Notes: a model not told the origin generated them from the letters alone. 60,574 nt of DNA, filler included, from Sphacelaria rigidula (GCA_964200075.2; 9 parts of 9 records of this genome joined end to end with filler, not necessarily neighbours in it); one strand, 5' to 3'. Positions 26,205 to 40,277 are shown, numbered from the whole stretch's first letter. Numbers and translations: made by a program.

Positions 26205-27095
26205 GTAAGCAAGGCAGGCAAGAATATTAGATACATTCGAAAACTGACTGTTGTACAGATTTCTCCGAAAATGTAGCGTCGGTTTTTTTTCCAGCATTGC
26301 TTTTTTCTTGTCGGAAAAAAGTCTTAGGGAAGCCGGAAAGAAAATTTAATTTCCAGGAAAGGATCAGAAAAAATCTTGAAAAAATCTTGAAAAAAAATAC
26401 CCCGTTAACCCTTTTGGGACTGAAGCTCAGTAACAAGGAGTTCACCATGTATTAGTGAAATAATCATAAACAAGTCTGGGAGCGACCTGCCCAATCACGG
26501 CGAGGCGAAATTTATCGACCACATCCGAACGACCAGTTGAGGGGGGCTGTCGACGGGAGTGATGTCACTGCAAAGTTGGTGTACCCTGTCCCTGGCCCAC
26601 AAAAAAGCCTTTGAAGCAAAAGTTAGCCCGAGTGGTCGGGGCTCGGATTCCCGATTATTTCATAATTTACTTGCATTTTATCTAAGTCCGACCTCCCATC
26701 CCCCGATTTTTTGGGGTCATCATCGTATAGTGTAAACTAGTTGATAACACTAACACGTAGTGCTCGGGGGAAATTCGAGAATAAATGCGCCCTATTATAC
26801 ATGCGGTCATGTTCACAAGGCGATTGAATCTGGCAACGCTGTCGGACGAGAGACGGAGCTAGAGGCATNNNNNNNNNNNNNNNNNNNNNNNNNNNNNNNN
26901 NNNNNNNNNNNNTTAATTAATTAANNNNNNNNNNNNNNNNNNNNNNNNNNNNNNNNNNNNNNNNNNNNGCGCGCAGTGTCTGAGATGGCACGCGGACGAC
27001 ACCTCCAGCGCGCCAAGGCGTCGCGCTTGTAGAAAACGTCAAAGTTCCGGCTGAGGTTATTGTACTCTAAAAGCAAGTGAACCGATTCTCGGCAG

Positions 27096-27725
27096 AAAAA
27101 CGCGATTTCACTGCTCAATTTGAAGTCGTTTTCCATGAAATTTTGACACGGTATACATGGGGATATATGTGAATCCCCTACCGTCTGCCCCCCTCTTTTG
27201 TTCTTTTCTTCGTATGTTATTGGTGATCAAAAATTCGGAACAGTTTTTTCTGGTGCAAAAGCGTCGACAACTCATTAAAGAAAAAAAAATGTCAAGGAGG
27301 GACAATAGGGAGTTCAAAACATACCTCATGCCCATCTTGTCGAAATTTCGTGAAAAAATACTTGAAATTCAACAGCATAACCGCGTTTCATTTTTTCGTC
27401 GCTGGTTGATCTCCACATAGGAACCAGTCTTGGACACGAACACGCGATTTAATAGCTGAGTTTCAGGTCGTTTTCAATGAAATTTTGACACGATGTATAT
27501 GATGTATGTGCGAAAACGCCACCTTTCCCCTCTACATTTATTGTTTTTCCCCCGTGAGTTATCGGCGACCAAACATTTCAGAACATTTTTTCGGAACAAA
27601 ATCGTGAATAACTCCGGGAAAAAAAATGTATGGGGGAAAAAGTAGCGTCTTGGCACATACATCCTATACATCGTGTCAAATTTCATTGAAAACAACCTGA
27701 AACTCAGCTGTTAAATTGCGTGTTC
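27096..27725. repeat. Two tandem fold-back (inverted-repeat) units of ~290 bp
   Basis: Unit 27438-27725 has >100-bp imperfect inverted arms (GAACACGCGATTTAATAGCTGAGTTTCAGG / CCTGAAACTCAGCTGTTAAATTGCGTGTTC); 27096-27389 is a diverged direct copy. Confidence 0.8.
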
Positions 27726-29814
27726 ACATCCCTGTCCGCGTCTTAATCGACCCAGCCTGTACATTTCTCTGAAACTGTCGCGTCTGATTTTCTTACAGCA
27801 ACGCACAAAAGACAGAACGTAGGTGAATGAGGAAATAATTTATGTTTCCACACCTCGATCAACCATGGCGAAATGCTGCTGCACGCCCGTTGGTTAGAAC
27901 TTTTTGCACTACTCTTACTAATCACCCACGTCCATCTAGCGAATATCTAAGCCGTCAAAACTTACCCTCCAAGCTCGCGGGACTGTCAGCGGGTCGACCT
28001 GCAGTTAGTTTCGTGGGATACACGGACTTCTGCAACGTGTTTCGGAGGTGAAAAAAACAGAACACGGAATTATTTTGTTTCAAGAAATTAAAAAATAGTG
28101 CGGATCTGACTAAGAAGACAAAGAGTGCCACCACACTGAAACTGTTGCTTTTCCATGTCGCTGGGTTTTCAGTGCGTGTGAGTGACGATATGTTCACTCC
28201 ATGATGTTCTCATTTTTTCTGTACACAAAACTCGGAGAAACAGAAATCGTGTGTACCGCGTTTCCAGTGCGCCTCGTGATAGTCGTGAGTGCACACTGGT
28301 CAGCACGCGAGCTCGTGTGTCCATCTATCTCACGAAATACATACAGTAGTGCGGGAATGAAGCATGATTTCCTCTCTTGTTCCCTCCGTGCTCCTTGCGG
28401 AACTGGTGCGGTCTGACGTGTACCGGTTCGGCGCGGGCTGGTGGCGCTTCAATGTATTCTCTGGGTGCAGTGCGGCCTGTATTTCGAGCGCAAGCCAGGT
28501 GAGACGATTTTTTCGCTCCAAGTTCATCAGCTTTTGAGTTGTACGTTCCGCGATCGCAAGGTCGTGGAAGGAAATAACTGCAAAACAATAAATCACCATT
28601 CGATTGACGTTCCATGTCTAGTCTGAATGGCCAGCTTTTCTCTCACCGCGTCAGTGTATCCGGGCCAACGGTTGAAGGGTTGAATTCGCGGTGGAACATT
28701 CGCTGGATGTAAGCCATTGTCAACGAGGACACCTGCTTGGTGGCTAGCGAATCGCCACACGATGGTGGTGGTGTTTTCGTTTTGTCGTAGCAGGGGTCTG
28801 TTGGCAGAAGATTTTCGGACACATGCTCCCCCCCCCCCCTCCTCCTGGAGGGCAATTTTTCAATAATTGTCAATATATATATATATTAATATTGTTGAAG
28901 AAATTGATTAAGAAACACTTACAAACATCGAAAAGTCTAGCGGGCTTTGCGAGGTTCGTATAGTTGCTTCTCCTCCTTGAGCCCGCTTTGTCCCGATGAC
29001 CTCGGATGCCGGCCACGCTCACACACATGTATGCACACGAGCGCACGGTAGCGACAGCCTGTAGCCAAAGTAGCAACATTAATGTTGACACTATCTCACG
29101 CCTCGCCAAACTTACCCGGACTCCTAGCAGGTACTCGAGGCACACGACACGGAACATGATCCCATAAATGTAGTCATGGTAGGTGATTAGCTCGGAGAGG
29201 CAGCGGGTTCGCCATTTCAGCAGTCTCCATGCCGGGGATCTCTATACACAGCAGCTGACCGCATCCGCCAACGCCTCGGCTATGAACTAGGGGGCAGCAG
29301 GCTGTGTGCCCCCCCCACACACACACACACCCTCCCTCAAAAACTCATTTTTTCGATATTGGGGCCTACGTGTCCCGATTTATTTTTTCGACAGACCCCT
29401 GGTCGCAGTTTTCTTGTCTGTGTCGAGTACTGCCCCCACAAACGGGATAAACTAAGGCCAAACCAATGCGTACCCCTTCTCTCCCCTTCGCTTGGCATCA
29501 GAAAATCAATATCTGCTGATCGATTGGATCGCAGCGAGGAGTAGTGGTCTCGATATTTATTTATTTTCAGTCCAGTCCACACCTTGCCAAACACTGGTTG
29601 CTGGCGGCATGCGAGTTTTTGCCCGAACAAAAATCGACAAGGACGTACAGAGAAAGAGAGCAGATGCCTCATATACGTGGGGTTTTCTCAACCTCGGGTG
29701 CCTGAGCGACATCCACGATGGGTCTTTCCTCGTTAATCGGGAAGTTTCTTGGCTTACTTGGACCCCTACGATCGCTTTGCTGTCTGCGACGGATAACCCG
29801 TGTGTGTGCCCACA

Positions 29815-30123
29815 CTGTTTTTTTTGTCAATCTCTGGACCCTTCCCCTTTCTCGGGACGAGTCCGTAGTCTTGGGGGATATTCCCGTCTCTCCCCCGGTA
29901 CACACCTTGCATTTTGATCTCACGGATTTGATCAGCACTCCCGCACCGCGTCAAATTTCGTCAAACAAAATCGATCAACTGCTTTGTCTACTCACATACT
30001 CACGCATTCGACGGTATAAATCAGATACTGCAAATAAAAAACCCAACGCATGGGGAGTCGAACCCACGTTTTCTCCGCCCTCATGGTGACAGTCGGACCA
30101 TTGCACCACCGGGACGCGGCGGC
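29815..30123 (-). mobile_element. tRNA-derived SINE, family A
   Basis: Minus-strand head GCCGCCGCGTCCCGGTGGTGCAATGGT...GGGTTCGACTCCC, full body and A-rich tail. Confidence 0.82.
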
Positions 30124-31502
30124 GCTACATCCGTAGAAGGCGGACACGCCCTTGGGCTGTAGCCAGTCGTCCGTGGGAGCGTCATAGACGTGCTCGGAAA
30201 CCGGAGAGAGACCCACAAGTGGAAAATGAAGAGGAAAAGGAAAATAAAATATGATATGTTGAATCGAATGTGTTTTTGCTGACTTCGGTCGTTGCCCATT
30301 TTACGTTACGTATATGTTACACTACCGTGCGCATGCGCAACTAATTATCCGTATGCATCGCAGGAGTCAATCCGTCCTCGGCGCAATATCATCGCTGCGA
30401 CCGGTGCAACAACAGGCAGACGAAGGATATGCTGCTTGTCAACGCTACGTGCGGGGCATCGTCTCTTTGTACGGTATCATGACGCGATCTATCGTTTCAA
30501 CTCGGCACTGTGCACAGCAGTGCAGTGGAGGCGACGGACGGGGTGGCTGGGGAAATCGGGAGAGATGAGCAAGCGTCTGAATTTTGCATGCTACTGATTC
30601 GTGTGTGCTCGTGTCTTCGTGCCGCATGACAATATACGGTAGTGCTGCGGCTAATTGCGAGTCGTCAGGGGTGAATGAATATCCTGGTCGGGGTATTGTA
30701 GGGACAAGGCCAACCAAAGGCTGATGGGATGTCAGCTGCTCAGGGATGCATTATACCCGCCTACGTCCTCCATAATCCCTCCTGGATATATGGAGATGGA
30801 ACCTCTGTGCTTTGCCAGATGGAACACGAAGGTCGTACTCTTCTAGGGACCAACTTAAGACGACAGACAGGCTGGTCGTTGACCCCAAACCGTCACCTTT
30901 ATTTGAGACTCAAAGTTACCTCCTTCGGAGGTAGCGCTTCTGCTGTGCTGTTTTGACTTTCTCGAGAACGAGTGGCGAGACCCGTAGTCTGAGGCTAGCT
31001 TATGTATAAGTTGAGGCTGGAAACCCCGTGAGCAAGTGGCGCTATGGTCGACGCCCTGGATCGACCTGCCATTCTTCCGTCTGATTATACGGCATGACGC
31101 TGAAGGGTGCAAGTTTTTGCTTCTGCTGCTAGTATTGTCATTCGAGAGCCCATGCGAGGTTTTGTGTTGCAATAAGTCGCGTGCAAAAGGAGCATTGCGG
31201 GACAGCAGTAGTGGTAATGCTAACACCAATTCAGGCGTATTTGTGGTTCGAAATCTCAACAAAATAGTGAGTGACGACAGATCGCCACCTTAATTAAAGA
31301 ACTGAAGTTTTCCCTTCGGAGAGTATTCATGCGCGATTTTCCATGGTTGGACACGGTGAGCACAGCAATTGGCAGTAGTTGATGACTTGCGTGGAGTTGA
31401 CGGCCTCCGGGAGTGCAGATCCGATGTTTCAGTGATGACGTACAAGGCGAGTAAAAGGGAAACGAGGGACTAATCCCTTGAGACTACGGGTGTTGCCGGG
31501 AT

Positions 31503-31609
31503 GGGGGGGGGTGTACTCATGATCGTGCATGCCATAGTCATCAGACCATTGATCTAGCATCCCTACAAAGCCGGGACGGAGCACGCCGGGTTTTCGCCGG
31601 ACCAGGCTC
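31503..31609 (-). repeat. Full copy of the poly-C-tailed module
   Basis: GAGCCTGGTCCGGCGAAAACCCGG...CATGAGTACACCCCCCCC, with C-rich tracts on both sides. Confidence 0.85.
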
Positions 31610-31930
31610 GGGGGGCGGGGGGGAGAGAGAGAGTTTGTAAAACAAAACATGTCGAGGATCTCTTGTATATCTTTTTCGTCCGGGACTCTTGAGAAACTGC
31701 TTGCGATATACAGTAGGTACCTGCGCACATGCGTATTAAAGTGCACATATTTCTGGTCGGGTCGGGTTGTGTAAAGCGACACGGTTTCTGTTTCCGCGGA
31801 GACGTGTAAAGATGACGTCGTTGTGCTCGCATTCTGCGCAAGTAGACGTTTCAAAGTGTCATTGCATTGCGCGCGCAGTATGCGCGGGTGATGATGCGGC
31901 AAGTGCGACAACGGAGGAAGGGGCCTGCAC

Positions 31931-32266
31931 GCCGCGCCGCGGTGGTGTAAATTGAAATGGTACGACTGAGAGCACGAGGGTGGAAAGATCACGGGCCCGA
32001 TCTCCGCCGGATCCGTGTGGGGGTTTTCTTCAAAGTACTTATTTCGGTGGTTGAAAGCGTGAAGACGTACGTGAGTAGCCAAAAAAGTTGACTCGAGTGT
32101 GCTTGACGAGAGTTGACGCGGTGCGGGAATGCTGACAGTCATGATCCAATCCGCGAGACCAACATGCAAGGTATGTACCGGGGGAGAGATGAACGGATCC
32201 CTTGAGACCACGGACTTGTCTCGAGGAAGGGAATGGATTGAAAGTGTGACGAAATATATATATATA
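31931..32266 (+). mobile_element. tRNA-derived SINE, family A
   Basis: Head GCCGCGCCGCGGTGGTGTAA, conserved body, GTCTCGAGGAAGGG 3' motif and (TA)n tail. Confidence 0.78.
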
Positions 32267-33813
32267 CTGTAGACATGCGGTGGGATGCTCAGAACGTCAT
32301 TTTTTTTTCTAGTCAATCCTTGTGTTATCCTGTGTACCCTTATGGCTTGATTTCAGTGTACTCATGCTCTTTCAGTAAATTTTTCAATTGTTATGCAGTC
32401 CAAAGATTGGATGCGCTCGTTTTTTTCTCCATGGGGCGCTGCTGTTGATTAGTATGGAGCAAAGCGTGATCACACCAGAATGTTCATTTTTTTTTTTCAG
32501 GGAATGTAACGTCGGTGGGGTGCTCATAGGGCACCAGGCATTGTCATGGTGTTTTGTTATTTTGCTACAACAGCATCACCATTATCGCAGTTTGTCAGTT
32601 GTTGTCTCGTCTGTGCTTATCTTTCCCGTTATCTTTTTTCGTCCGTTCTTGTTTGGGTGGGTTGTACTGGTGCAGTAGAAACTTTCCCTGACGTCTGAAT
32701 GCGTGTGTGTGTACATGTGATATTCCGTCCGCATGGCAGGTACGCCACGGTTGCAGTATTTCCATGTATATTGATTGGGTGTGCTGCCCTCTAGCAAATT
32801 AATTCATTCTGGCCACTTCAGCATCGTGAAACTACTGGGCCGAATTCTGGTACAGCTTCGAGCTTGCGGAACTCCATGAATTGCTGCTTGTGCTGTTATG
32901 TAGATGGACGATTGACGTACCTTTACCTTGAATTGTGGGGAATGACACCCCTAGTACGAAACAAATGAACTTCCGATTTCTCGAGAACGATAGATAGTGC
33001 TCATGAAGCCGAACCCTGTACCATTTGAAAATATTTGGTTGAAATAGGTCCATGCACGAAATCGTTTGGCGAGGCAGTGTATGAGACATGGGACGTTGAA
33101 GATGTTCGTCAGTCACCGGGGGGCGAGTGGGCTATCCTTGTGAGGAACCGCGACGGTAAATTCCTTATTTTGGTACGGTTAGGTTGTGAAGTACGTGACT
33201 GTGTCATACAGACTTGCTCATTTTATTTTTTTCAAGTCGGAATGTTGCTGGACCACCGCATGCGTGCCCGATATACTGAACACGACCACAGGGGCTTCGT
33301 GTTTCTTGGGCGTAGCCCTTCCCTCTTCTGAATATATGGATCCCTCCTTCAAGCAAATATCCCTTTTCGAGTCACCCTACGATGGGGGGGGGGATTTTGA
33401 GCCACTTCTTGCACGAAATTCCTCGACAAATCGCCGCTGAAATCAGCAACGGTTGCTCGAACGAGCTTGTTATAGGTACATAACGCTCATTCATACCGAT
33501 TGACACCGTTTTGAACCAAATACAAGCGCATCGCGAGTGTTGCAGGTCATCTGACACACTTATCAGCCTTTTTTTTCGTGCAATCAAATACCCCCCCACC
33601 CCCCCCCCCCNNNNNNNNNNNNNNNNNNNNNNNNNNNNNNNNNNNNNNNNNNNNTTAATTAATTAANNNNNNNNNNNNNNNNNNNNNNNNNNNNNNNNNN
33701 NNNNNNNNNNGGGTGCCCCCTCCCCCCCACCCCCCCTTTTTTTTTTTTTTCCGGAAGGGAAGGGCGGGGGGGGCAAGTGGGACCCCCCCCCCCCCCCCCC
33801 CCCCCGTCGCTTC

Positions 33814-35688
33814 ATGTCTGTGTTGAAGGTGCTCTTAATCCTAAAGTCGGTAGCTTCCTTTCCCGACGGAGCATATGCCTCATCACTGGTAGACCCAGGC
33901 ATGCTGGGGGCGTTGAACCGCATCGCCAACAACGCCTACCCAGGTTTCCGCCCGACAGAAACCGGATTTAAGAGTCAGTCATTACTTCTCTCTCCCACGA
34001 AGAGCAAAGCAGTAGCAACCACCGCTTCGACTTCTCTCAGGGGCGTAAAGTTAACCCAGGCCGAAATTGTCGCAATGTCTTCAACATTTGGACCACCGAA
34101 GCCCGAAAGCGCGGAGGCTAAAGTGATCTCTGACCTGGCGCGAGAGGTGTCGTACCGTATCGGGGAAGGAAGAGATCGCAGCGTGCCCTACTCGGACCTG
34201 CCTCCTTCGGCAACGATGCAGACGGCTGCGGAGCAAGCAGGTGAAGAAACTATAAAATATGAGAAGCAACACGAAGACGTATGCCGAGCAAAGACTGTAT
34301 CCGACTCAGAAATACCGCGGAGCGAAGAAACGATATCGGGAGAGAAACGATCGAACAGCAATATTCAAGGGGAGATTACCCAGGAAGGAGCGTCAACCTC
34401 CAACGTAGTAAACGCTACAGACCTTGAGGCGACAAAAACCTTTACGCCACCACTACGGGGAGGCTCGGCCGAATTTTCAGCCTCAGGAAAGCGCGGTACA
34501 TATCTGGATTGCGGTGCGACATCCTGTGGTGGTCTTGGGTTTAGCGGAGAGCACGGAGGCGTAGAAGCGAACGTGCCACATGCTCCATTTCTGGTGACGA
34601 TGGTCGATCTTCTCGAACGAGGAGATGCAAATGTGAAACAAGATGTTTTGAGCAATACGGGGAACGACGGGAGAGATGGCGTCGCGAAACCTTCCGCGAA
34701 GCACGCCGCCCTGGTGACCCCGTTGGCCTTAACGAGCGCAAGAGATCCAAGTTTCAGGGCAGATATCATCAAGAGGAAAAAGCACTACGGGCTGGGGGGC
34801 ACTGGAGAGACTGGCACTAAAGGTCTTGAAGACGAATCACGCTTGCAAGGGTCACGAACGTCGCCTTCATTTGCTCTAGTCGACAGACCGCGACCACGTG
34901 GACAGGCTCGGCGCAACATCTATGGCAAACGAGCGACAGCATCGTCACCGGTTTGTGTCAATGCTGCACAAAATCCTCTGATGGCGAGCACTCGCCCCCC
35001 AGGGAAGCACCCCGGACCGATGGCCGCGTCGCCACTGGCCGCCGTTTCGCAGAAGATTCCCGCCGCTTTCCAGGACTGTATGGAACCGACAAAGGGGGGG
35101 AACGCTGACGAGATAGCGTTGACTGCAACAAGGCAAGAAGAATTCGTTACATTCGCGCGGCCAGCAGCGCACTGGAGTGTGACCGCAAGCGTCATCGGGC
35201 AGACGGGTAACAGTCCCGGACGTGTTCGCGCAAAGAGCAAAAGAGTGCGCGTCCCCGGTGGAACCCCAGACAACCACGGACCGGTTGCCACCGCCTCCGT
35301 TGTGGGGCGATTTGCGTGCCGCGGATATCTTTTGGACCCCACTTTTTCGGACCATAACCCGATCATTTTGTGCCCTAGGCTGCCGCGAATTAGTGGCAGT
35401 AGTGGTGGGTTCAGAGAAGCGCCAGAGGGAAGCACTTTGGCGGCGCTCATGGTGTCGCAGGCAGGTCATGGGCTTGTGGGAGGTGGAGTGGCGGTGGAGC
35501 CGTTCAGGAATTCTGTGGAAGTGTTGCAGCATCAAGTTTGTGTGTCGGGTACGCGCAAAGCCGGGAAAAAGAGATTTTTTGATGAGAATGGGTGGCCGTT
35601 ATCTCCTGTAAAGTTTCACGATGTATACGATTGCGCGGACAAGAGGAAATTGGAACATGGAGAGCCCCACCTCGTACCTTTTCCCTGA
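33814..35688 (+). CDS. Large exon of an uncharacterised, largely low-complexity protein (probable exon ~33829-35535)
   Basis: 624-codon uninterrupted ORF, Ser/Ala/Gly/Thr-rich; candidate acceptor AG at 33827-33828 and donor GTTTGT at 35536; no recognised domain. Confidence 0.6.
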   Translation: MSVLKVLLILKSVASFPDGAYASSLVDPGMLGALNRIANNAYPGFRPTETGFKSQSLLLSPTKSKAVATTASTSLRGVKLTQAEIVAMSSTFGPPKPESAEAKVISDLAREVSYRIGEGRDRSVPYSDLPPSATMQTAAEQAGEETIKYEKQHEDVCRAKTVSDSEIPRSEETISGEKRSNSNIQGEITQEGASTSNVVNATDLEATKTFTPPLRGGSAEFSASGKRGTYLDCGATSCGGLGFSGEHGGVEANVPHAPFLVTMVDLLERGDANVKQDVLSNTGNDGRDGVAKPSAKHAALVTPLALTSARDPSFRADIIKRKKHYGLGGTGETGTKGLEDESRLQGSRTSPSFALVDRPRPRGQARRNIYGKRATASSPVCVNAAQNPLMASTRPPGKHPGPMAASPLAAVSQKIPAAFQDCMEPTKGGNADEIALTATRQEEFVTFARPAAHWSVTASVIGQTGNSPGRVRAKSKRVRVPGGTPDNHGPVATASVVGRFACRGYLLDPTFSDHNPIILCPRLPRISGSSGGFREAPEGSTLAALMVSQAGHGLVGGGVAVEPFRNSVEVLQHQVCVSGTRKAGKKRFFDENGWPLSPVKFHDVYDCADKRKLEHGEPHLVPFP

Positions 35689-37290
35689 AACCATCGACGT
35701 GCCGAGCTAGAATAGATACGTGCAGTACCCTCGGAAGAGCCGAAGGAATTTGATTTTGTTCATGTTTCCCGCATTGTTTCGGGCATCGTTGTACTAGCAT
35801 GGGCATCTCGCCCTCAATTTTTAGGGCGAAAATATGGTGAAACTATGTTGTATACAGTGTGTCCTAAATTGTTTTTCATCGTATCCTCTACTTGAATTAA
35901 ACGAGTCACGAGCTTGCTGCTCTCAAGGTGTCGTGCCCCCTACTTCCTGGATTTTGACCTTTTCGAGAGCGTTTCCGGTTTGTTCACCTTGGATAGGTTT
36001 ATCTTGTGGATAATGGCCACGGCTGGATCATGACTACCTCGGGGATCAGTTGATGTGCGACAACCCACCGACAGAATAAAGTCAGATATCGCTCGGGGTG
36101 ACATGGATTCTGGCCATACCTTTCTGAAAAAATCACGGTTTCATGCTTTCTATTGCAGGAAACGGTTGCACTAGGAGCAATATCAGAGCGCTTGGTGAAG
36201 TTTGGACTGTTTTGCAAGAAACATTTGAGTCGGGATGTCGCGCATTTTCAAGCACGGCCGTACCATTCTGACCAACCACGGCGTTCAAAATGGTCACTTT
36301 TTTCCCCTACAGATGGACTACTTCGCTGTCGAGCCGTAGTTCTCATTTTGGTCATGGTAATCCAACCTTAGATTACAGGCACAAATGCCGTGCTTTTTAC
36401 CCTGCTCGTGGTCTATGCCGCCTGCCTGGCCCATGTGTTGCCAGCATAGCTTCACACTATATTTGGTATTATTGTTGTGGAACACTAAGCAGAGACATGA
36501 GCAGCATGCAGTACAACACTGAGTTCAATGGAGAGCGATAACACACTTCCTGTTTCTTGCCATTGTATCCAGCGAAGACATACGCCTATTGACTCCGCAC
36601 GCAATAGGCTGCAGGGTCAAAACTGTTCAGGGGTTCTCGGGGACTTTGTTCTACGTAGATACCGAGCACCCATATGTTAATGAACAGGGCGTTTTACGTA
36701 ACGAAATAAGAGTTGCTCTAAATCCCAAATGTGACGAAGTCCAACTCAGTCCACCTGCGGGGGGGTCGCTGTCTAAGGGTTAACAATGGCCCGAATATGA
36801 TAACCCAAACCCTAACCTAAACCATATCAAGTATGATGACATGATACATGGAGCTATCTGCGCCAATCACAAATATACATTTCGGGTTCAACCATATGAC
36901 TTTCTGCTCTGTTAAACTCGGCCGTTCTACATTCCACATCATCACATGGTGTTATGGACACAGCGTAAGTTCCCGAGAACTTAATGATCACACAGAAAGA
37001 CGGAAAACATCACACCCTGGACAATGGAGGTTCAATAGTTCCAATGGGCAAGATGTACTGCGTAAAGTATAGGCCCATGACAATTATTGTCACACTCTAC
37101 GCAGTACATTTTCGTCTACTGCAATTATTGACCATGTATTATTGTCGTTGTCCAGGGTATGGACAACATACACATTTCTGTCGGTACACGCCACGCTGCG
37201 GCGTTTCGATGGTACGTCTATGAAGCCAGTAGGTCGGACGCTGCGGATTCAATTCACGGTATATGTATGATGCATTTTTTGATGTTTCGT

Positions 37291-37410
37291 TCAACCCTTT
37301 CAGCTTTTGGAAGCGTTGGTGGAGAAGTGACGATTTACAAACTCCCATATGCGATCTTTCGTCACCGGGGAAAAAGTCACTTCGAGTTCGGTGCACGAAT
37401 CTGTCACATG
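37291..37410 (+). mobile_element. Fragment of the piggyBac-like MITE family seen at 25973
   Basis: TCAA-CCCTTT start and CATATGCGA...GTCACTTCGAGTTCGGTGCACGAATCTGTCACAT core. Confidence 0.5.
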
Positions 37411-38388
37411 TGTACCACACTGCCAAGTGCATCGAAGTATTTCCCTTCATTCCGTCGGTACAAGGAAAACTGATCACTGCATGGTTTTGGGCTTGCAAGA
37501 CAGCAGTTACATGGTCACTAGTAGTACAGAAGAACAACAGCAAGCCATAACAGGAATGAAGCGACATAGCAATACTGTAAGCATTAACCGATACATTACT
37601 CTACAGTGCCGAAGGTTATGCAGTAAACATTGTACCTGAAGCTCCGTCTTCCTCTCCCGTCAACTGCGGGGCAAAGATCCAGTAGCTGATCAAGCATCGG
37701 GCAGTGTTTGCACGTACAAGGTAGCAGACACTTTTAAGGGAAGAATCGTCAAACAGCAGAACAGCAACATCTCCCTCCATGTAGCACGCACGAATCTTCC
37801 TCACACACCCACTTTATTTATCGCCTAGCCCATCCCACTGCATATTGTGTTCCCACTTGAAAATTGTTTTTCGATGCTGTGTTCCTTCCAGTGTTATTGC
37901 CATGTGAAATCGCCACCCTCACCCCTCCCCTCCCCCTGCTATGATCGTGCGCTCCTCGATATGATATGGCGCACACGTAACTTCGCAGCCCCGTGGCGTG
38001 GAGCGTATGTCGCCCTTGACATTTCGCCGCTTCCGAATCTCCTTCCGGCGGAAATTGGTGGAAATATCGGCAATGAAGAGGGGGGTGTATATGATGTTCG
38101 GGGTGTTCGGGGTGTATATGATGTTCGGAGCAAACCGACACGACGATCGGAAAGGTACCCTACCCCCCACTCTCGCACCACTTCGTCTTCAGTAAGGAAG
38201 TACGCCGCTGCTACCTGTATTCCATTTTGTACACGAACTACATCTATTTTTAGGCATGTTTACTCAACCTGAAGCAACCGGCACTAACTCAATGATGCCG
38301 ATCGCCGTATGAGGTAAACATTTACGATGGGACGGTACAGCTATATGACGACGACAACAGCAGCAACAACATGCAACAGAAGACGACC

Positions 38389-38433
38389 ACCACACCACAC
38401 CACACCACACCACACCACACCACACCACACCAC
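38389..38433. repeat. (CCACA)n microsatellite
   Basis: About 8 pentamer units. Confidence 0.9.
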
Positions 38434-40277
38434 CGACAACAATGGCGAGTACAAGGGCCACTCACTTGATGAACTCATGGCTAAACCCAAGGTTGAGGCC
38501 ATGCACACGTCGCCGCACAACTGACTACTACACACACTACACGCACTGGACCGGCACCCCGACCGTCGTAGTTCATACGTATCACTTGCTGGCACGCATG
38601 CAAGTGTGTGATCTCGTCCGCCTGCACTTGCCTAAATAATCTCGTCGGCAAGTGTTCTCAACGAACTGAAGTGAGCCCCGACAGCAGCGATCAAGAGGAG
38701 AACACACGACACACGCGCAGCACATAAACCCATACACACAACACAGCACACACACACACCACATCAAACACAGTACACACAAGGCACACACACACCAATA
38801 TACACGCCCACCACCACAGATCTCAATTTCTCTCCTCCTGAGTGAAGCCCTGAGGATACATATGCCTGTATCTTCATCGTCCAACAAGTAGTGGTGTTTA
38901 AGTTTGTGTGCAAAATATTTCACCTTCTGTTTTTTTTCTGGCTCCATTTCGCAACCCTTTGCATAAATTTCACTGCAACCAGCCGAGCCCCCGTTGCACA
39001 AACGGCGCAAAACCGCGTAAGTGCTACGAATTTCACACCAAACCGGCGCGACGAGCGGTGAAAAGACGATCAAACAAAGAAAAGAGAAGAACATGACCTA
39101 GCCCTCCACAACCTGCCCACCTTATGAAAAGCATAATAATGTGCTATCGCACTTCCCGGAGCGCCAAAATTGGCTCATTGTTTGTTCTGCTCACTGCTTT
39201 TATTAATAGCGCCGCTCACGCGGCCGGTGGGCTTGGCGAATTACAGTGAAAATTTGGGGTCCTACACGCAAAACGGAAAGTGCCAAGTCTACGAGCAACC
39301 TTGTCGAACAAAGACCTCAAGGTCTTGGCATCTCGTACTGCACGGAGGAACCATGTATGCATTAATACGCGTGTATAGTGAACAGTATATACCCAAATAG
39401 GCAACTCGACTACACTAGCAGTATCACATGTACTGTCGTCTTCATCCGATCTGTGTATAAATCGGCGTTACTGTGTACCCGTAGCCGGAATGCATTCTTT
39501 GACAAATCTTTCACCATTCTTCCGTCCCGCCTGACTTGTGACATTTGTTCCGGCGTCACTTTCTGACTGATCCCTCATTCCTAAAAAGTATTATGTAGAC
39601 CAAACACAACACACATGGCCCAAGATACGGGTGAGGGTGCAAGCCGAAGTCCGCGTGAAAGCTAGGTAGACAACACCTGCCGCTTACCCAGCAACTCTGT
39701 TACTGTGACTCAGTCGGTAACCGGATGGAATTCGTTTCCATTCCCTAAGAATCTCCGTACAAGATCACTGCGGGGCAGGCAAATCCGCAGCCTTCTACAT
39801 CCATGCAAGTCTGACCCTGATTCCGCAACAACAATGAAAACAAGCACACAAAGATGCGGAGCCCGATACACCAACGCCGAGCTCCGAACCTATTGAGTAC
39901 GTGAATATATACATGGGCTATACGCGGCGGGCTCGGACACCATCAGCACATTCCGAAACGCATAAAAAAACGCCAGATCATTTCAACTATATCGCCAACA
40001 CCATCAACGAGGAATGCCGCACACGACAGAGCTTTCTCGGAAGTTTCTAGCACGCACATCTCCACCACCAGGCAGCAGGAAAAGCACACTGGCGACGTGC
40101 TCGCTGTCGGCGTTGTGGTCTCAAAGTCCAAGGTCTGAAACATGGCACCGATGGGAAGTAGCAGCCGGGGATAAAGAGCATATGCAATCCACGCTTTAGT
40201 TATTGACCAGGGTTTGTTGGGTCACTGATATGTCTGCATCACACGTGTAGGATAGAACCCTCCTGAAGTGCCCAACA

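Noticed and set aside
31503..31609. HDV-like or hammerhead ribozyme in the poly-C module
   Set aside because: P1/P3-like pairings can be drawn, but there is no P1.1 or catalytic C in J4/2, and CTGATGA is not followed by stem II-GAAA. Kept only as a generic structured candidate.
31429..32316. 295-aa ORF
   Set aside because: It runs antisense through a SINE and through the poly-C module, so it is a chance open frame.
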